Below are positions 13,172-27,350 of a stretch of 64,000 nucleotides of DNA, one piece after another (position 1 is the stretch's first letter; every line of letters begins with the position of its first letter). Source of the stretch: Mobula hypostoma (lineage: Eukaryota). A model generated the notes under the pieces. It saw only the letters and a list, made by a program, of their open reading frames with translations, did no database searches and was not told the DNA's origin. The translations under genes were made by a program, and so were the position numbers. The DNA lies in contig NC_086097.1 of NCBI RefSeq assembly GCF_963921235.1, positions 166,968,001 to 167,032,000 on the forward strand, in the 5' to 3' direction.

Positions 13172-15045
13172 CTTCCCAACTCCTTGTATTCTTTTTTCAG
13201 AACTTCCTCACTTTTTCTACCCATGTTGTTGGTATCAATATGTACCACAGCTTCTGGTTGCTCACTCGCCCTTTTCAGCATATCGTGGACGCCTTCAGAA
13301 ACATTGCGGACCCTGGCACTTGGGAGGCAAACTACATTCCACGTTTCTTTTTCACGTCCACAGAATCGCCTGTCTGTCCCCCTGACAATAGAGTCCCCTA
13401 CTACTGCTGCCGTCCTCTTCAGTTCCCTACCCTTCTGAATTACAAGGCCAGACTCAGTGCCAGAGGCCTGGCTGCTGTTGCTTCTCCCAGGTAGGTCTTC
13501 ACCAAACCCCCAACCCCCAACAGTACTCAAAATGTATTCTACAGTACGTCTTTTTGAGGGGGACAGTCACAGGGATGCTCTTCACTGTCTGAGGTTCTCC
13601 CTTCCCTCTCCCAACGGTCACCTATTTATCTTTTTCCTGTAGCCTTGGGGTGACTATCTGCCTGTAGCTCCTGTCTATCACTGCTCCACTTAACAGGCTG
13701 AAGGTCATCGAGCTGCAGCTCCAGTTCCCTAACACGGTCTCTAACTTCAGCATCTTTACTGTTGTTTTATTTGTGAATTGAATTTGCTCATTCCTAGTTA
13801 CCCTCACAAAATTGTGGTGACCTGCCTTCTTGAATGATTGAACCCTACTGTAGAAAATATTTCCCGAGATTTAAAATCACGAGCTCCAAATTTTTGACAC
13901 AGCAATGTTGAAGAAACCAAGATGCTTTTCCAAATCATCGTGGCCTGTGATTGGGAAGAGAAATTTAAAGTAGCCATGTTACCATCCATGACTTTTGCAG
14001 GTTAAGATGTCTCTCTGAATTGTTTATGAATGTTGCACACTATGGTTGAAATATGTAAATATTAATATATTAATGGTGTAGATGTGTCACATTAAGAAAG
14101 ACAAGGGTTTTATGAAATCTGGAGATAGGATAATTGATCTGACAGTCCAGTTGGCCGGGATTATTGTTAATGATATATTAAATAGATACGAAAAACTGGA
14201 ATGACTCAACACCACTGGAGATGGACCAGTGGTGTGGGTTCGGTCGTCAAGGAGTTGGGGTTCAATATTATGAAAATGATAATTATAATTATGTTCATCA
14301 TTATAAATAATAATATAGTTCATTATAAATAACTAATCATTGGGAAGAAGAATTTTAAAAAACCATGTTTTTATTGACAACTTATGTAGGTCAAGATAGC
14401 TCTCTGAAATGTTTATAAATGTTATACACTCTAGCCACGGTCTGTCATTGACAGAAGTGAAAGGCTGAATTATCTGAATGCTAGTCAAACAAATAGCTTT
14501 CTTCTGGATAACGTCCAGATTCTTGAATTGTTACAGCTGCGTGAAATAGTGCAACAACTACTTACATTTAAATAGCACTTTAAATGTAGAAAAATGTAAA
14601 AGAAAAAAAAAATCGGACTCTAAGCAGTGAACCAAAAGCTGGGTCACAGAGAAGATCTTAAGCAGCAGTTCTAAGGGGGAAAGAAAGTAAAGAGGTAGTG
14701 AGAGGAAAGCAGAATGACTGCTGGAAATCTGAAATAAAAACAGAAAATGCTGGAGATACACAGCAGGCCGGGCAGCATCTGTGGAGAAACATATCCAAAC
14801 CTTTCATCAAAATAAAGGAGTGATAAGTATATAATCAGAAGTGGAGAAGCAGAGAGTCACAGACAGAGGAAATTGCAGAGGAGAAGCCCCTTAAGGATCC
14901 AAATTTTAAAAATCATGACTATGTTTTAACCAGGAGCCCTCAGGACAGGTGACCTTGTTGTGGCTGGAATTTGTCATGACATTGCCATGAAGATTGGATG
15001 GCTCCATAAACAGAGACATGAACAAGAAAATCTAGTGAGGAATTA

Positions 15046-16581
15046 CAGGTGTCCCCCGCTTTTCGAACGTTCGCTTTACGAAACCTCACTGTTACGAAAA
15101 ACCTACATTAGTACCCTGTTTTCGCTTTCAGAAGGTGTTTTCACTGTTACGAAGAAAGGCAGCGTGTGATAAAAAAATCAGTGCGTGATAAAAGGCAGCG
15201 CGTGCCCCGAGCAGCCGCTCTCCCCTGGATTCGGAACGGCATTGCTGAAACACGTTGCATTGAGCAGCCATTAGCAAGATGAGTTCTAAGGTGTCAGAAA
15301 AGCCTGAAAGAGTAAGGGTGTTACACCTAGCGTAAAACTAGACATAATTAAGCGTTTTGATCGTGGTGAACGAAGCAAGGACAAAGTGAGTTTAGCTTGT
15401 GGAAGTTGACAAAGATGATGTTGAAGAGGTTTTGGCATCCCATGACCAAGAACTGATAGATGAAGAGCTGATGCAATTGGAAGAGGAAAGGATAACAATC
15501 GAAACCGAATGCAGAAAGTGAAGCAACTGCGTGAGGTTTTCGCTGCAATGATAAAGTACGACTTTAATTTTGAAAGGGTACGTAGGTTTAGGAGATATTT
15601 GCAGGATGGTTTGAGTGCTTACAAACAACTGTATGACAGAAAAATGCACGAGGCTCAGCAGTCAAGCAAGCCTTCCACATCAGCCACAGCAGACGACGAA
15701 CCTCGACCTTCGACATCGAGGCAGGCAGTCATAGGAGAAGATGAGCTGCTTGCCCTGATCGACGATGAGATGACACCCCCATGTCTCACCACCCCAACAC
15801 CCGGGCCCCGGACAAATACTGTACCGATTCGCGAAGAACGCAGCGGTAGCCGGGAGGCACACAGCACATCTTTAGGAAAAAGCCAAAATAAACATGCTAA
15901 TTAATTAGGTGCCGCCTAGCATGTAATTGTCGGCCCAGATCAGAGGCGATGCAATCGGCAATCGCCTCTGATCTGCGCCGATGTGCTGTGTGCCTCCCGG
16001 TCACTGCTGCGTTCTTCGGGGCAATGTATCGGGTCAGCGGCCATGAGGGTGGGGGCCACTGCACCACCCAGCCTGCGACGACTCAGTCTAACACACCATC
16101 GTCAGTGTGCTCTGCGCTGTTTTCCCAATTCTGGTAAGTGATACTACACTGTTACATACATTATTTCTACTTTATATAGGCTGTGTATTTTTACGTGTTA
16201 CTTGGTAGATTTGGCAGCTTCATAGTTTAACAGCTACTGGAGAATGCGTTTATGCCAACAGCGCTTGTGTGAGATTTTCTGCTGAGAGCGCTTGCGTGAG
16301 ATTTTCACTACGGAGATCTGTGCAGGCAATCGTTGTAGAGAAGTATTTCTACTTTATACAGGCTGTGTATTTATTATATCATTCCTGCTTTTACTATACA
16401 TTACTATTATTTTAGGTTTTATGTGTTATTTGGCATGATTTGGTAGGTTATTTTTGGGTCTGTGAACGCTCACAAAATTTTCCCATATAAATAAATGGTA
16501 ATTGCTTCTTCGCTTTACGACATTTCGGCTTACAAACCATTTCATAGGAACACTCTACCTTCGGATGGCGGGGGAAACCTG
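15046..16581 (+). mobile_element. Tigger/pogo-like internally deleted DNA transposon
   Basis: TA flanks. Left TIR CAGGTGTCCCCCGCTTTTCGAA; right TIR (reverse complement) CAGGTTTCCCCCGCCATCCGAA. Remnant CENP-B-like N-terminus (TLSVKLDIIKRFDRGE) joined to an acidic C-terminus (EVDKDDVEEVLASHDQELIDEELMQLEEE); no DDE core. Confidence 0.85.
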
Positions 16582-16824
16582 TACTCCAACATCCTTGTAA
16601 ACAGTCTAAAGGTTCCTTAGTTAATCTTGAGCTAATCGTTCAAATATCCAGTACTGGTCAACAGTCACCCTCCTGATGATGACAGTCGTCTGGCAATGCT
16701 AATTCTATTGAAAATTAAGAGGAGAGCTAACACCCCTCTTCTGTTGGAGATGTTTTTGGGTGGCATCAATGACACTTGGGTTTTCACTCTGCTAACAGCC
16801 AACCCAGAGAGTTACTTTGGAAAA

Positions 16825-17138
16825 TTATGAAAGTCTCGCTCCAGAAGGCACAACCTCAGAATAGATGTCCCTTTTGCACAGTGATGAGGAGGAATTTCTT
16901 TACCCAGAGGGCGGCGAATCTGTGGAATACTTTGCCACAGGTGGCTGTGGAGGCCAAGTTATTGGGTATCTTTAAATCAGAGGTTGATAGTTTCTTGATT
17001 AGTAAAGGCATCAAAGGTTACATGCAGAAGGCACAAGAATAAGGTTCGGAGCCAAAATAAATCAGCGATGAATGAATGGTGGAGTAGACTTGATGGACCG
17101 AATGGCCAAATTCTGTACCTATGTCTTATGGTCTTATT
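16825..17138 (+). mobile_element. CR1 LINE 3' fragment
   Basis: RRNFFTQRAANLWNTLP motif followed by the CR1 tail CCTATGTCTTATGGTCTTA. Confidence 0.8.
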
Positions 17139-18278
17139 AGGCTACCATAAAGAAACTGTTGACTATTGGATAAATAGCATATTGTGATTTTCCTCACTTT
17201 TCAATCTGAGATAATATAATTTATAAATGATATGCTGTTCCATACATGAAGCAGAAACACACCCTTTTTTAAATGTCCCTTTGTTTCACCAGCTGTGAAC
17301 AAGCAAGTTTAATGACTTTGAACAGCTTTGCTTACATCACTCAGCAGTGTCAGCATTTTACTTATTAATATAGAACAGGCTGGAGAAAAATGTTTGACAG
17401 ACCACCCTAGTGCCAGGATTTCCCGAGATTATGACAGAGTTCTTCATTATATTGCTGTTTAATCGTTCCAAGGATCGATCACAAAAGTCTTTCACAAATA
17501 TTACCACAGTTTTTTCAGCAACATATAGTCAATCAAATACATCTCTGTTTGGTTAGAATCCTAAACATGAGCATAAAGTGAAGCTTATGTTCACTGTATA
17601 ATACTTAAGTTATCGAAATTACCAGAGTTTCACTTTTAAGTTTTGTCATTCAAGCTATGTGACAAAGCCAATGCCAGTGGCTGAGACTAATTTGTATGCA
17701 GATATTGTCCACTCATAGTGTCTCGCTACAGAAATTGCCCAACCTTGTTTGCTATTGGTATCATTTGTTTCCTCTGCTCTTTACATAATTCTCTGTAAAT
17801 TAAATATATATGCTGTACAATAGAGTCTTTGCTGTGCTCCATCTCTTAAACTACATTTACTGACCACTCCATTAGGTACACCTACTCATTAATGTAAATA
17901 TCTAACTAGCCAATCAAGTGGCAGAAACTCGATGCATAAGAGCATGCAGAAATGGTGAAGAGGTTCAATTGCTCTTCAGACCAAACATCCGAAAGGGCAA
18001 AAACAAAAATTGTGATCCAAGTGACTTTGACCATAGAATGATTGTCATTGCCAGATGCTGTGGTTTGACTATCTCAGAAACTTTGCTGATCTCTTGAGAT
18101 TTTCATGCACAACAGTCTCTAGAATTCAGAGTATGGTGTGAAAAACAAAACATATCCAGTCAACAGCAGTTCTGTGGATGTAAATGCCTTGTTAATGAGA
18201 GAGGTCAGAAGAGAATGGCCAGACTGGTTCAAGGTGACAGAAAGGTGGCAGTAACCAAATAACCGTAAGTACAACTCT

Positions 18279-18779
18279 AACCATGAGGAAATCCGCAGAT
18301 GCTGGAATTTCAAGCAACTCACATAAAAGTTGCTGGTGAATGCAGCGGGCCAGGCAGCATCTCTAGGAAGAGGTACAGTCGATGTTTCGGGCCGAGACCC
18401 TTCGTCAGGACTGACTGAAGGAAGAGCTAGTAAGAGATTTGAAAGTGGGAGGGAGAGGGGGAAATCCAAAATGATAGGAGAAGACGGGAGGGGGAGGGAT
18501 GGAGCCAAGAACTGGACAGGTGATTGGCAAAAGGGATATGAGAGGATCATGGGACAGGAGGCCCAGGGAGAAAGAAAAGGGGGAGGGGGGGAAAAGCCCA
18601 GAGGATGGGCAAGGGGTATAGTGAGAGGGACAGAGGGAGAAAAAGGAGAGAGAGAAAAATGAGAGACAGAAAAAGAATGTGTGTATATAAATAAATAACA
18701 GATGGGGTACGAGGGGGAGGTGGGGCATTAACGTAAGTTTGAGAAGTCAATGTTCATGCCATCAGGTTGGAGGCTACCC
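18279..18779 (-). mobile_element. Penelope-like 3' terminal fragment (about 500 bp)
   Basis: Closely similar to 11201-11685. Imperfect TSD AGTACAACTCT / AGTACAATTGT. Confidence 0.9.
18377..18412 (-). ncRNA. Minimal hammerhead ribozyme motif (stem III variant)
   Basis: AGUC-CUGACGA-A-GGGU(CUCG)GCCC-GAAAC-AUC/GACU. The core is intact; the ACGU palindrome is mutated to ACAU. Confidence 0.7.
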
Positions 18780-21700
18780 AGTACAATTGTGGTGTGCAGA
18801 AGAGCATCAGTGAATGCACAACTCATCCAGCCTTGAAGAGGTTGGGACACAGAAGCAGAAGACCACATATATACACTCAGTAGCCACTTAATTAGGTACT
18901 GAATAAAGTGGCCACTGAGCGTATATTGACTTCAATTCCTAGCAGAACTTATAGAGGAACTGCCCTGGAGCTTCAACAGTCCGGGTTCAATCCCGATGTT
19001 GTTGGTGTGGAGTTTGTACGTTCTCCCTCTGATAGCATTGCTTTTCCCTAGATGCATCTGAGCAAAGATGGTGTTCCAATGCCAGTACAGCTGAACCAGG
19101 AGTGTGGCTGGGTCACTCTGGGTGCTGAAAGGAGAACTTGGGGCCCAGATAGAAGAGATTCAGTGCCCCATACTGCTGGCCCGGATGTGAAGTTGGACCG
19201 CTCTGGACACTGAGCTGATTTGAAGTTGTTGAGAGGGGCTTCGGTCTAGGTGACGGAATCTGGGCTCGGATTGAGTTGCTGGGTGGCATGGTCCAGGTTC
19301 GGAGCCTTTCTCAGTAGCCAGGTCCTAGTATGAGGTAAAATACATTGTTCAAACAATTTAAAGGCCAACCCAGATCGGAGGCGAAAGCCAATTTCCGTCA
19401 CTCTCTGTGACCTTCACTCCTCTCTCCAGGGCACTGAGCCGTTTGCTGTTCTGTTGTTTGGTCAATTCAAATCCTGGCCCAGATTGACTGAAAAGACAAT
19501 GTGTTGGTCAAGAACGAGATCTGATTTCACTCATTCTCTGCGATGATCATCTTCATGGCACTGAGGCTATGAAAACTGCCTGGCTACTGTGCTTCGTGCC
19601 TGCTAATATGATAAACTGATAAGGGAGGCTTTGTGCCTATTCCGGGCAGTACCAGGGTTCAGATCTGAGAACTCAGCTTTGGTTCGGAACGCTGTTGCTC
19701 ACTTCAATTATTTGCATGACTTTTTTTCTTTCTCTTGCGCATCGAGTGTTGGTCTTCTATTTTTATTCTTTTTTTCTTTAATTGGGTTCTTTCGGGTTTC
19801 TTGCTTTGTGGCTACCTGTGTGCAGGCAAATCTCAAGGTTGTAAAATTTATACAGTTTTTGAGACCAAATGTACCTGAATCTTGAATTACTATAGGACAA
19901 TGCAGCACAGAAGGTGAAGCACAGTATCCAATTTGTCAACAGCAAGTACCCGTGGGTAACAATAATGACCAGATTTACTTTTTTAAGTGGCAGAAAATGG
20001 TCGGCAGCATCTGTGAAGCAAGGAGAACTGGCGTTTCAGTTTGACGATCTATTAGATTTTGATTTCTAGGAACTTAATTTTAATTCTGTCTCCAGTCTAA
20101 CCTGTAGAGCAATCTCAGCATTTTCTTTATTTAATTACAATGGAGTGCTTAACGTAAACTTCAGACAGTTTATTGTGTGCTTTGGTTAATAGTTGGAACC
20201 ACTGGAAACATAGTGCATGAGAATTTACATAATTATTTCTGCTAAAGCAATGTAAAAGCAGTTTAAGTTCTATAACTTATAAACAACATTTTTATATCCA
20301 GTATCACTTTCGTTTACTTGCAGACAGAGGTAAAAGATCTGAGAATAGATTATAAAATCAGTGTTCAGTGCCAAAGTGCCACAACATCTGGAATAAAACC
20401 ATTAAAGAAATAGAATCAGGAATAGTCTGATCCTGTACTGCAATTCAATATCATTTGCCAGTCCTCAACGCCATTTTCAACTGATCACTGATACCATTAA
20501 GGTTTGACTTGCTTTGTTCTTCAGTTTTAAAATACTCTTCTAATATGAATGCATTCTTTCTGCTTCACTGGGGTCGTTTGACAGTAGAACTCCAGGCTGC
20601 CAGTCTGGGTTTGGCTAAAAGAGAAGGAACAAATGCTGAGAGATAGGCCCTTAGTTGTAATTGTTCACTATTGCAGACTACTACAAATAATTGTGCACTT
20701 TGAATATGAAGGAATGGGCATAAAAACACATTAGCGCTCCGGGGATCTGAGTTCAATCCGGAACCTGGGTGCTGTTTGCATGTTCAATCTGTGTCTGTGT
20801 GGGTTTCTTCCAGGTGCTCCACATTCCTCCCACCTCTTGAAGATATGCCGGGAAGTTAACTGACAAGCATAATTCATCCCTTGAAGTAAATGATTAATAG
20901 AACCAAAAGAAGTTGATAGACATATGAGTTAGAATAAGTTCCAAGGCTTTAGGCGAAAGGGGAACAGAGAGAGAGAGACTGCAAATGAGTGAAGTACAGA
21001 GCAATTTAAGTGCTCTAAGGCAGGAATCATGAAGTGTTACCTAGTAGATCGAACCACGATGTTGCACATTAGCCTTTATTCCAAAGGTGTCCACCTTCAG
21101 CAGCAAGGAGGTTCTGTTATAGTTTTATAGGTGAGGTCACAGCTGGAAGGCTGTTCATAGTTTTGGTCCGCTAACTGGGAAAAAGGAGCACTGGAGAAGG
21201 TCTCAGTCTAATTCTGGGATGGAAGTGTGGCTCCAAGTAGCTGTCTGCATCTGACAGCAACCACATTCTAGTACACTGCTTCGACAGGCGGGCTAAACCA
21301 GATGAGGGCAGCTGGTGGCCTCATACCCCGTTGAGATAGGGACATGCTTGTCCAAGCTTATGAAGTCAGCTCCTGCGGACTGGGTGGATGAGATCTACAG
21401 TGAGATCCAACGACTAGGAAGGTGGTTCTGTAACGTTCCATGGAGAGAAAAGGGCATGACAAGACATAAAAAAACATCATGGTCATCTTCTGCAACCAAG
21501 GAAGACCCCAGTTTGTGACACATGTTTGTACTATTGGATCCGGAATTCTAAGGTCAAGAGAGTGGAAATGCCCCAGTGCAACAGCATTTCCCTTTTCAAA
21601 ACTCTCCTCCACAGGTTTCTTGTCATCGTTGGACACGATGGACAACCACCAAAAAAAAAAATCCAATTGTCCACCTAATTCTAGACATTACTTTGTCAAA

Positions 21701-21814
21701 ACCTGAAATTTAGAAAATATAATACTGCTGTATTATTCTACTCATTTTCTCCTCATTGGACAACTTTCTCATCCTAAGAATTAATTTAGTGAATGTTTAG
21801 ATTTGAAGTCAGAG

Positions 21815-23130
21815 TGTTATACAGCATGGAAATAGGTTCTTGGCCCCAAATGGTTAATGTAATCAAGATATCTACCTGAGATAGTTATTGTCCATCTGAG
21901 CATATTCCTACATTTCCTACAAGACCCATATCCCTTGAGGACTTTCCTATCCATGTACCTGTCCAGATGTCTTTTAAACTCTGTAATTTTACCTGCTCTG
22001 CAGCTTCTTCTGGCACCTGCTTCCACATAGCCACCACCCTGTGTCTCTCTCAGGTCGTTCTTAAATATTTTCCTTTTCACTGTAAATGTATGCCACTTTC
22101 CTAACCTAGGAGGAAGACGGTGACCATCCACCTCATCCACTACCCCCTGAAGATTTTATATGTAACCCACTCACCAGGGCTCGTATACAAACTTGGTTCA
22201 TTAGCTAATTCTCTAATAGCCACCTGACTCAGCAGTGGGAAGGCCACCTTTCATAAGCAATGTGCATCTATGGGTCGAAGTGATTTGGGGTTCAACCGAA
22301 CAGGACGGTCGTGATGTTCCAATTAAAGAACACTGGTTGTAGAAAATGCTGTGTAAACACTGCTCACACACAATTATTGGTCGCCAAGAAATGACAGGTG
22401 GTACACCAGCATAAAATTATAAGTATATTCATCAATTTTCAAATTTATCAAACAGTTAACAGGAAAAGAAAGGGAAAAGGGTCCATTACAGTTAAACCAG
22501 TTCAATGTGCACATAAATGTTTGAGCTCGTTACTGAAGTAGTCGAGTATATCATTGTACTTTCGCACTGAACCCACATTCTGCATGATAGGCACAAGCCA
22601 CAGTCCGAACTGCTCTCGAAGATCATCTCGAATGAACTGGTTAACTCAGGAATATTGGCACTTCCTCCTTGGAACCATTAATCTTTCCGCACAAAGCCCT
22701 TCTTACAACTGGGTCTCTCCTTTGGGCAGCATTCTGCTACATCGTCCCTTGTGCCCTGCTCCAGTGATCTCACCAAAGGACGCTAAACTAGACTACTGTC
22801 CTTCAAAAATCTGATTCCGCCCAGCTCTCTAGAATCTTCTCTCACATCTCACTGGGCAGAAAGTTACAACACGTACCCAGACAGTCTTGATTGGCTGACA
22901 CAACATTCCTAAGTTGAGCAACATGGCTCCTCAGCTTTAGCCAAAGCCAAAATACCATTAACTATCAGGACACTGCCAAAATAAAAACATGTAATGGCAT
23001 AGCAGTAGAAATCTTACCCAGGGCGGTACATATGTAAATCTATAAGTCACATATCAACCTCCTATATTCCAGGGAAAATGTCCCAGGCTATCCATCCTGT
23101 CCTTATATTTCCCAACTCCTCCAGTAACAT
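21815..23130 (-). mobile_element. Old CR1 3' fragment split by a solo LTR
   Basis: FKRHLDRYMDRK..GYG motif (ORF 21817-22140). CR1-like sequence resumes after 23030. Confidence 0.7.
22161..23030 (-). mobile_element. Solo LTR (870 bp, Gypsy-type)
   Basis: TGTA...TACA termini, flanks TATA/TATG. The reverse complement shares GAGCTC..GTGCACATT.AACTG..ATGG.CCCTTTT with the LTR at 7662. Confidence 0.8.
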
Positions 23131-24444
23131 TTGCATTACACCAGAAGATTTGTTGCATCCTGCAAGAGGAGTACACACCAGGACTCAAGGTGTGGAAATG
23201 CACAACAGCTTCTGCATGTGAGTTGCTTCTGCATCAAACTCTTTTCTAAATTCCTTTGAGCAACTCAATTTTGCCACATTTATGCTTTGCTGAAAAGCCA
23301 CACACAGTAATACTCTGAAACACATCCTTGATGGGAGAATAAATGCTGAGATGAACATCCTTGCAAGAGCAGGACATTCTCCTCTTCCATATGTCTCACT
23401 ATCTCAGTAAAGCAGCCAGCATTATCAAAAACCTCACCTACCCCAGATATCGTCTCTTCTCCCCTCGTCCATTGGGCAGAAGATACAAAAGACTGAAAGC
23501 ACATACCACCAGGCTTATGGGCAATTTCTATCCATTACTGTAAGACAATTGATAGGTTGCTAGTGGGATAAGACGGGCTCTTGATCTCACAATCTATCTC
23601 AATATGATCTTGCACCTTATTGTTTTCCTGCTCTGCATTTTCTCCACAGCTGATACATTTTGTTCTGCATTCTGTTATTATTTTACTTCAACACACCATA
23701 TAATCATTTGATCTGTATGTACAGTGTGCAAGACATGCATATTATATCTTGGTACATATGACAATAATAAACCAATTCCAATTCCCAAATCTTCCCAATA
23801 TCAATGCTTAATGACATCATTGCTTTGCATTCATTAGCAGCATGGCCTGGAAGATAAGAATGACTTGTTAATTGCAACCAGTGTTGGATGACTCATGCAG
23901 GAAGTTAACTGGACAAATTACAGAGGACAGCAGGCACTGAAGTACTTGTGAGTGGAAAAATCACATTTATAATCAAGGACTAATTTGACATGTCAAGAGT
24001 AAATTCATACCGCAGCTGTAGTGTTGTGCTCAGCCAGAAGCAGATATTGAATGAACTGAATTCTGTAGCATACATAGCTCATGCATGTTTATAAATATCC
24101 GCACAGCTTCAATTCTTATAATTCAGAATAGTACAGTGGACATGTGGTAACTAGGAGTACTCCACAAGGTCAAGTATCAGAATGAATGATTTTTGATCAA
24201 CATACAAATAACTGGAGACACAAAATAATACAGTTACTGGAATCTAGACCAAAAATGAAAAAAAAAAACTTCTGGAGGAAGTCAGTAAGTCAGGCAGCAT
24301 TGGAACTGAGAGCAGAGAGAGAAGATGGCTGATATTAAGAGAGGGTAAGAGCTGAGGTGAGGCCAGTGGATGTGAGGAGGTGTGAGGAGGATCGAGGAGG
24401 GGGTGGAGTAGGAAACAGAGGCAGGTGGATGATAGATAAATTCT

Positions 24445-26400
24445 ATCATATTATGATCAGTCTCCTGAGGGTTCTTTTACCTTAAGCTCACTAATCAAAT
24501 TTGGTTCATCATACAACACCCAATCCAGAATTGCCTTTCCCCTAGTAGGTTCAACCACAAGCTACTCTAAAAAAACACTTCATAGATATTCTACAAACTC
24601 CCTTTCTTGGGGTACAGCACCAACCTGATTTTTCCAATCTACCTGCATATTGATATCCCCTATGACTATCATAACATTGCCAGTTTTGTCTTGCATTGTA
24701 ATTTGTATCCCACATCCTGGCTAATGTTTGGAAGCCTGTATATCATTCTCATCAGGGTCCTTTCCCCCTGCAGTTTCTTAACTCTACTCAGAAGGATTCT
24801 ACATCTTTCTATCCAATGTCACATCCTTCTAAGGATTTTATTTCATTTCTTACCCATCAGAGCCACCCCAACCTCTCTGCCTACTCTTTGATGCAATGTG
24901 TATCCTCGGATGTTAAGCTCCTTATTATCATCTTCTTTTACCCACCATTCTGTGATGCCCACAACATCATACCTGCCAATCTCTAATTTTGCTACAAGAT
25001 CATCTACCTTATTCCATACATTGCGTGTGCATTCAAACCTAATACTTTCAAGTCCTGTATTCGCCACCTTTTCGATTTTGTCTCCTGTTACACTGCAACT
25101 CATCCCACTGACTGCAATTTTGACCTGCCATCTGCCAGTCTTTCCTGACAATCTCACAACATACCACCTCTGGTTGTATACCAACTGCTCTATCCTCAGC
25201 CCTACCACTCACATTCCTATGCCCCGGCCAAAATTAGTTTAAATCCTTCCCAACAGCTCGAACACACCTGCCCGCAAGGATATTGGGTTCAGGTGTAACC
25301 CTGTCCTTTTATAAAGGTTTGACTGGATGATCCAGAAATTATCCAGAAATCTCAAACCCTGCCTCCAGCACCAATTTCTCAGCCATCCATTCATCTGCTA
25401 TACCATTCTAAGTCTTACTCTCACTGTTATGTGGTACAGGCAGCGATACAGAGATTATTACCCTGGAGGTCCTGCTTTTCAGCTTTCTACCTAACTCCCT
25501 GTATCCTCTCTTCAGGACCTCCTCCTTTTTCCTACCTATGCTGTTGGTACAAATATGTACCACAACTTCGGGCTCTCCACCCTCCCCCTTTAGAATGTTG
25601 TCAGTCTGATCTGAGACATCCCAGTCTCTGACACACGGGCGGTACCATACTATCCTGGTGTCTCTTTCATGTCCCCAGAATCTTTTGTCCACTTCTCTAA
25701 CTATGGAATCCCCTATTATTTCTGCACATTCTTCTCCCTTCCCTTCTGAGCCACAGAGCCAGACTCACTGCCAGAGACCCAGTTGCTGCAACTTCCCCCC
25801 GCTAGGTCATCCTACTGTTGGATACCCCAACAATATCCAAAGCGGTGTATTATTGTTGAGGGGAATGGCAATGGGGCACTGTGCACTGGCTGCCTATTCC
25901 CTTTCCATCTCCCAGGTACCTGTCTCCTACCTCCCTATAGCTCCTATCTATCACATCCTCATTCTCCCATATGAGCTGAAGGACATCAGGCTGCAGCTCC
26001 AGCTCCTTAGTACGGTCTCTAAAGAGTTGTAGCTCAATACACTTTGCGCAGATGTAGTGATCAGGAAAACTGGAGGTCTCTCAGAGATCTCATATCTCAC
26101 ACAAGGAACATACCACTAACCCTCACATAAGAAACATACCACTTACTCTGGATCTATTTTCATTGCACTAGCTATGGACTAATAGACAAAGAATTAGAGA
26201 CAAAAAAATACATGCTAGAAACTTTCTTAGATCCTCTGTCTGTTCTTGTCCAATACTGTCTACATCAACAATAGCCGCTCCGCTTACACCTCGCTGCTTT
26301 TTATTGGCCTATGCCGAGTGTCTAAGAGATCGTTATGATTGCAGCTAGCTGAAAAGTTCTAGAAGGCTCCGAGCTCATTTTAAACCTTGGAGACTTTCAG
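24445..26400 (-). mobile_element. Degenerate CR1 5' portion (ORF1 zinc finger/leucine zipper and esterase; start of endonuclease)
   Basis: CSLC...YICAKCIELQL..KELEL at about 26000-26115, PEVVVHICTNSIG (ORF 25408-25692), YDVVGITEWW..ELNIRGY (ORF 24843-25208). Confidence 0.8.
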
Positions 26401-27350
26401 CTAGAAGGTGGGAGTGAAGAATCTGGAAAGAATGCCAAAAGGAGACTGGACAGAGGTAGGGACAATGGCAACTGTTTTAGTTGGAGATGAATGGACGGAA
26501 GCTGGTTCAAGGCCCATAGGTTACAGGTTTAACATTTTGGAGTGAATACATGGGCAGTAAGATAAAAAAAATTATTTTATACAGTGGGTGTTTTGACCCA
26601 GACATCATACTCATAAGAGTGCTAAGAGATAATTAATTAGGACTTTAAAGAGGGAACTGGATGGATACTAGGGAGAGAATAATTTGCAGCACCCATAGGG
26701 AAAATGTGTAGAGGAAATGCGGCTGACAGGAGTGCATAGCTAGGAGTTGGAACTTCATGATCTGATACTTAATTTTTCAGTTAATCACATATTAAAATTA
26801 TAAGTATTCCTTACAGCAGTTGCTGCGTAGAACCTGATTGATTAGAATCTGAAAAAGTATAGACAAAAGTCAACTAACACACTAAGCATGCCTCGATATG
26901 ACACAATCCACCTGCATTCTGAACTATTTTGCAACTGACCCACTACTATGAGCTCCAACTGATGCAATTTCTCAAAAGATCTTCCAAAATAAGCCAATTT
27001 AAGGAGATTGCCTTGAACAATATCAATGGTCATCTTCCACAGCTTGGGATGGGATATCTCATCTGGGAAGGAACTCATTCAGCTATGATCATATGCCACA
27101 TTTTCCATACCCAGTGGTAACTATTCCTGAGGACGACATTTCTCCAAGTATTTCCTGGCTTCTAATGTAAATATATATGGTCAAAAGGTGCACTGATGTC
27201 TTCTAATATAGTGTCTCTCAGACTCAAGTAACTTATCTAATCAGACCAAAACTAGGCTTTCATTATTGTCTCCAATAAAATCTTCAAGTTCCTGTGTTCG
27301 TCTTGATAACTCAAGAGACTTTAAAGCAAATGCAATTTCTATACTTATTC

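Larger units (their letters stand above)
6746..13742 (-). mobile_element. Degenerate near-full-length CR1 LINE hosting a solo LTR and a Penelope-like element
   Basis: Collinear minus-strand fragments: ORF1 esterase (VVGDSIVRG..VVHIDTN), endonuclease (GIIYRSPNS), RT (EDWKTANVTP..NYRPVNLTSVVGK, SGIPQG) and C-terminus (LYKTLVRTHLEY..TRGHSLK). CR1 3' tail at about 6746-6790; possible AACTT TSD. Confidence 0.9.
17854..18921 (+). mobile_element. Tc1-like non-autonomous transposon interrupted by a PLE fragment
   Basis: Right TIR AATAAAGTGGCCACTGAGCG-TA; decayed left TIR. Decayed HTH-coding segment homologous to the copies at 35472 and 59650. Confidence 0.75.

Noticed and set aside
26815..26848. 34-nt segment with good minus-strand acceptor and donor
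   Set aside because: Neither its length nor its translation matches the expected next PIEZO exon; such site pairs arise by chance.
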